Shown piece after piece: positions 33,167 through 36,605 of a stretch of DNA of 36,605 nt. The position numbers and the translations under genes were made by a program. Source of the stretch: a virus (Duplodnaviria; Caudoviricetes); the IMG/VR virus record IMGVR_UViG_3300006105_000054, positions 1 through 36,605 of that record, one strand, 5' to 3'. How positions within the stretch are numbered: the stretch's first letter is position 1; each line of letters opens with the position of its first letter. The notes under the pieces were generated by a model. The model saw only the letters and a program-made list of their open reading frames with translations, was not told where the DNA came from and did not search any database.

Positions 33167-33504
33167 TGGCTACCTATGGCACAGTTGTACTCAACGGCAA
33201 CTCATTTACTTTGTACGGTTACCCTGGCTCTACCATCCTTGACGAGTTCAATCGTCTAGCTAATGGTGGCAACAGCTACCCAACCCTTGACAAGTACCTC
33301 GACATCCAAGCCGCATGCAACAAGTGGACTGGTGCCCCAGCTGGCACAGCCATCAACGCATCGCTTAACTACAAGATTAGTTCGACCCGTCAACCTCCTG
33401 CCTTTCAGGAGAGCATCGACGCCATTAACACTATTGCCGCTACGTCCACCCGTCGTAGTGAGAACGTCGAAGCGGTTACCGCATTGAGGACTATCCATAC
33501 CTGA
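33166..33504 (+). CDS. Hypothetical structural-region protein
   Basis: TAATG-coupled ATG at 33166; TGATG coupling to the next gene. Confidence 0.65.
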   Translation: MATYGTVVLNGNSFTLYGYPGSTILDEFNRLANGGNSYPTLDKYLDIQAACNKWTGAPAGTAINASLNYKISSTRQPPAFQESIDAINTIAATSTRRSENVEAVTALRTIHT

Positions 33505-34427
33505 TGACAACTCTTGGCGATTTAATTAACGATACACAGCTTGACATTCAGGGGTACACCTACCGTCAAGACCGTGCTACCTACCTGACTCAGCCATGCA
33601 CCTCTGGTGACTTGGTTCTGTATGTGGGAGATACCAGCAACATTGGTAAGGGTGTCATTGAGATTGAGGACGAGATGATGTGGGTTGAGTCCTACGACCG
33701 TCAGTCCAATACTCTGACCATCGCCCCTTATGGGCGTGGCTACAACAGCACCACTGCTGCTGCTCATGCGGTCAGCACAAAGGTAACCATCACTCCTACC
33801 TACCCACGCATCTCCATCATGCGTGCTATCAACGACACGATTAACTCTGTCTACCCTAAAGTCTTTGCTACTGGCTCAACGGACTTCTCATTCCTAGCAT
33901 CCCGTACTACCTACCAGATTCCTTCTGAGGCTATCCAGATTTTGCACATGGCATGGCAGACTGTTGGTCCTACCAAGGAATGGTTGCCCATCCGCCAATG
34001 GCGTTGGGACCCACTGGCTGATACCAACACATGGGGAGTACAGACACCAGACGGAATCACCTCTGGCTACAGCCGTACCGTTTCTTTGTACGACAACATC
34101 CTGCCCGGTCGTACCGTGCACTGTGTCTATGCTAAGCAACCCTCACTCTTTACCTCAGAGTCAGACAACTTTGAAGCAACCACAGGGTTGCCTTCGACCA
34201 TGCGCGACGTACTTATCTACGGAGCAGCAGCTCGTCTGACTTCCTACATTGACCCAGCCCGTATGTCTATTACTTCTGCAGCGGCTGATGAGTACGACAG
34301 CAAGCGCCCTTATGGCGCTGGCATCAACGTCAGCAAGAATCTTCAGCAACTATTCCAGACCCGTCTGGAAGAAGAGTCACTCAAGCAGAAGCTTCAGTTC
34401 CCCGCCCGCGTCCACTACAGCCGATAG
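33504..34427 (+). CDS. Probable head-tail adaptor (tail tubular protein A analogue) with inserted beta domain
   Basis: MTTL.DLI N-terminus, AINDTI, L.YGAA..L helix near the C-terminus; lies before the tail fibres. Confidence 0.6.
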   Translation: MTTLGDLINDTQLDIQGYTYRQDRATYLTQPCTSGDLVLYVGDTSNIGKGVIEIEDEMMWVESYDRQSNTLTIAPYGRGYNSTTAAAHAVSTKVTITPTYPRISIMRAINDTINSVYPKVFATGSTDFSFLASRTTYQIPSEAIQILHMAWQTVGPTKEWLPIRQWRWDPLADTNTWGVQTPDGITSGYSRTVSLYDNILPGRTVHCVYAKQPSLFTSESDNFEATTGLPSTMRDVLIYGAAARLTSYIDPARMSITSAAADEYDSKRPYGAGINVSKNLQQLFQTRLEEESLKQKLQFPARVHYSR

Positions 34428-34435
34428 GTAGATAG

Positions 34436-35857
34436 ATGACAGTTCGTAAGTACACCTCACGGTCCCAACAGACCACACTCACTGGCTCTGTAACTTCAGG
34501 AGCAACGGTGCTGCCAGTTGTTTCTGCAGCTACCTTGATGCCCGGCATCACCCTATCTGCTGGTCAGACATTCACTGTGGTCATTGACCCAGATACTGCC
34601 CTTGAAGAAATCATTGACGTCACCTCGTCCAGCTCTACCACTATCACGGTTACCCGTGGAGTGGACGGCTCTTCTCCTGTCGACCACTCAGCTGGTGCGG
34701 TCATTCGTCACATGGTTATCGGTCGTGACCTTCGTGAGTCTAACCTTCACGTCAACGCTAGTGCTGGTGTGCATGGAATTACTGGCAACGTTGTGGGAGA
34801 TACCGATGCCCAGACTATCTCGAACAAAACTCTCGGCTCAGCTCTGGCTGCTGGTGGCTACGCCATCACAGGTGCTGCTAACCCTACCAACGCACAGGAT
34901 GTAGCTACAAAGTATTACGTAGATGCCAACATCTCTACGGGTGCAGCTAACGCTGCAGCTGCTGCTACCTCTGCTACCAGTGCTGCTACTAGCGCTTCCA
35001 GCGCACTGACCAGCCAGACTGCTGCTGCCACTTCGGCTACTTCAGCTGCTGCTTCAGCTACCGCTGCAGCCACCAGCGCTACCAGCGCTGCTGCCTCAGC
35101 CACTGCTGCTGCTACATCAGCCGCTAGCTCGGCTGCTGCCACATCAGCTGCTGCAGCCTCTGCAACGGCTGCTGCGACCTCAGCTACATCTGCTGCTGCC
35201 TCAGCCACTGCTGCTGCTACAAGCGCCTCTAGCGCCTCTACACAGGCTTCTAACGCCCTAACCTCAGCCAACTCAGCAGCTACCTCTGCCACCTCAGCAG
35301 CGGCTTCGGTCTCTACCGTAGCTGCCTCAGCTACAGCAGCGGCTTCTAGTGCTACCGCTGCGGCAACAAGTGCTACATCTGCTGCGGCAAGTGCTACTGC
35401 TGCCTCTACTAGCGCCAGCTCAGCTGCCGCTTCGTACACGGCTATCACCGGACAGACTGGCTCAGGCTTGGTACGAGACATGGGTGCTATCACTGACCCA
35501 GATACTACGACTGCTACCTACATCAACATTGCTACGGTGCAGGCTCAGGCTGCTACATCGGCTGCCTCAGCTGCAACCTCGGCATCCTCTGCTGCTACTA
35601 GCGCATCCAATGCGCTGAACTATGAAACATTAGCAGCGGCATCTGCAGCTACGGCAACCACACAGGCTGCTGCTGCATCTACTTCAGCAGCATCTGCTGC
35701 TACATCAGCAACTTCCGCTGCTGCCAGCGCCACAACTGCAGCTAGCTTCATCCCGTCTCAAACGGGCAACAGTGGCAAATACCTGACCACAAACGGAACG
35801 ACCGCTTCGTGGACATCTACAACATCTATCTCAACTGATTGGGGAACCGTACCATGA
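34436..35857 (+). CDS. Tail fibre protein with long Ala/Ser/Thr heptad repeats
   Basis: DVATKYYVD knob motif, AATSATSAAASATA repeats, PSQTGNSGKYLTTNG..SW motif. Confidence 0.85.
   Translation: MTVRKYTSRSQQTTLTGSVTSGATVLPVVSAATLMPGITLSAGQTFTVVIDPDTALEEIIDVTSSSSTTITVTRGVDGSSPVDHSAGAVIRHMVIGRDLRESNLHVNASAGVHGITGNVVGDTDAQTISNKTLGSALAAGGYAITGAANPTNAQDVATKYYVDANISTGAANAAAAATSATSAATSASSALTSQTAAATSATSAAASATAAATSATSAAASATAAATSAASSAAATSAAAASATAAATSATSAAASATAAATSASSASTQASNALTSANSAATSATSAAASVSTVAASATAAASSATAAATSATSAAASATAASTSASSAAASYTAITGQTGSGLVRDMGAITDPDTTTATYINIATVQAQAATSAASAATSASSAATSASNALNYETLAAASAATATTQAAAASTSAASAATSATSAAASATTAASFIPSQTGNSGKYLTTNGTTASWTSTTSISTDWGTVP
34941..35745 (+). repeat. Degenerate coding repeat (7/14-aa AATSATSAAASATA units) in two blocks
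   Basis: Protein-level repeat with synonymous divergence, interrupted by a unique segment at about 35430-35540. Confidence 0.8.
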
Positions 35858-36321
35858 GTTTCGCTTACCAACGCCGCAGAGGTACAACTTCTGCTCACAC
35901 TTCATTTACTGGTCTTGTTGGCGAACTTACCGTTGACACTGACAAGAAGGTTGTCGTAGTCCATGATGGCTCTACTGCTGGTGGCACACCACTGGCTAAG
36001 CAGCGTCCTACTCTTGCCACGACATCAGGCACCACATACACATTGGCTCTGACCGATGCTGATAACGTGGTCACCTCAACTGGTGCTTCTGCTGTGACCG
36101 TGACCGTGCCACCATCAGTCTTTGCTGCTGGCGACATCATCACTGTCTTACAGACAGGTGCTGGTCAGGTTACATTCAGCCAAGGGTCAGGTGTTACTAT
36201 TCAGTCAACAGGTGCTACAGCCACTGCTCCTAAGATTCGTGCTCAGTATGCAGGTGCTCAGGTAGTCTGCACAACTGGCGGAGCCACACCAACATTCGTA
36301 GTAGTGGGTGACATAGCCTAA
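35854..36321 (+). CDS. Tail fibre-associated protein with Mtd-N-like (major tropism determinant N-terminal) domain
   Basis: QRRRGT...F.G..GE..VDTD.....HDG.T.GG motif, then YTL..TD...V.VP...F..GD...Q.G.GQV; ATGA-coupled start. Confidence 0.75.
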   Translation: MSFAYQRRRGTTSAHTSFTGLVGELTVDTDKKVVVVHDGSTAGGTPLAKQRPTLATTSGTTYTLALTDADNVVTSTGASAVTVTVPPSVFAAGDIITVLQTGAGQVTFSQGSGVTIQSTGATATAPKIRAQYAGAQVVCTTGGATPTFVVVGDIA

Positions 36322-36605
36322 TGTCCCCATTACTCACAGGTGTATTTGCCTCTGGGGTTTCTGGACATTTGTTCTCGGGCCCAGCAGGTGCATTTGACGC
36401 GCTAGGAAGTGTGACGGTTGGCTCAGGCGGGCAATCGTCTATTACCTTCTCGGCTATTCCGCAGACTTATACGCATTTGCAAATTCGCTACTTTGTACGA
36501 AATTCTGGTAGCGGAACTATCAACGACTTTAACATCTTGCTTAACTCTGATTCGTCATCCTCTGCTTATTATCAACACAGAATGTATGGCGATGGCGGAA
36601 GCGCA
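36321..36605 (+). CDS. Tail-associated beta protein (partial, runs off the right edge)
   Basis: TAATG-coupled ATG; MSPLLTGVFASG...SITFSAIPQTYTHLQIR, open to the window end. Confidence 0.75.
   Translation, partial: MSPLLTGVFASGVSGHLFSGPAGAFDALGSVTVGSGGQSSITFSAIPQTYTHLQIRYFVRNSGSGTINDFNILLNSDSSSSAYYQHRMYGDGGSA

Noticed and set aside
34915-35493. 192-aa Ala-rich antisense ORF
   Set aside because: Shadow of the GCN-rich fibre repeat
35854-36321. Mtd-like domain suggesting a diversity-generating retroelement
   Set aside because: No reverse transcriptase or template/variable repeat pair in the window; the domain is a generic fibre module
1-36605. tRNA genes or stop-codon reassignment
   Set aside because: No cloverleaf with T-loop consensus found in the intergenic gaps; long ORFs are intact under the standard code and all three stops are used

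Overview
The window is most of a ~37+ kb lytic, podovirus-like tailed phage genome, almost certainly infecting Actinobacteria (whiB gene; sigma factor, metallophosphoesterase, split primase, RecA/DnaB-like helicase and RecB-like nuclease as in actinophage replication arms). It is circularly permuted: the tail genes at the right end (33.5-36.6 kb) continue at the left end (1-2.6 kb), followed by a lysis cassette (2.6-4.15 kb) and a terminator. A complete leftward early/replication arm (15.8 to 4.3 kb) encodes small early proteins, a secreted lytic transglycosylase + amidoligase + class II glutamine amidotransferase trio, exonuclease, helicase, Holliday junction resolvase, split primase, a DUF1599/Nmad1-like protein, phosphoesterase, sigma factor, glycosyltransferase, FmdB-type zinc ribbon and WhiB. 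I recognise no DNA polymerase, integrase or tRNA. A palindrome- and repeat-rich non-coding region (15.85-16.63 kb) separates it from the rightward late arm: terminase with an N-terminal HTH, portal, HslV-like Ntn protease, three probable ejection proteins, scaffold, major capsid, micro-genes, tail adaptor and fibres. The most notable observations are the transglycosylase-amidoligase-GATase module, two structured 5' leaders whose hairpin loops are complementary to their own Shine-Dalgarno sequences, an apparent AUA start for the resolvase, and a 14-bp motif shared by both boundaries of the early arm. All family calls come from motif recognition by eye; no searches were run.
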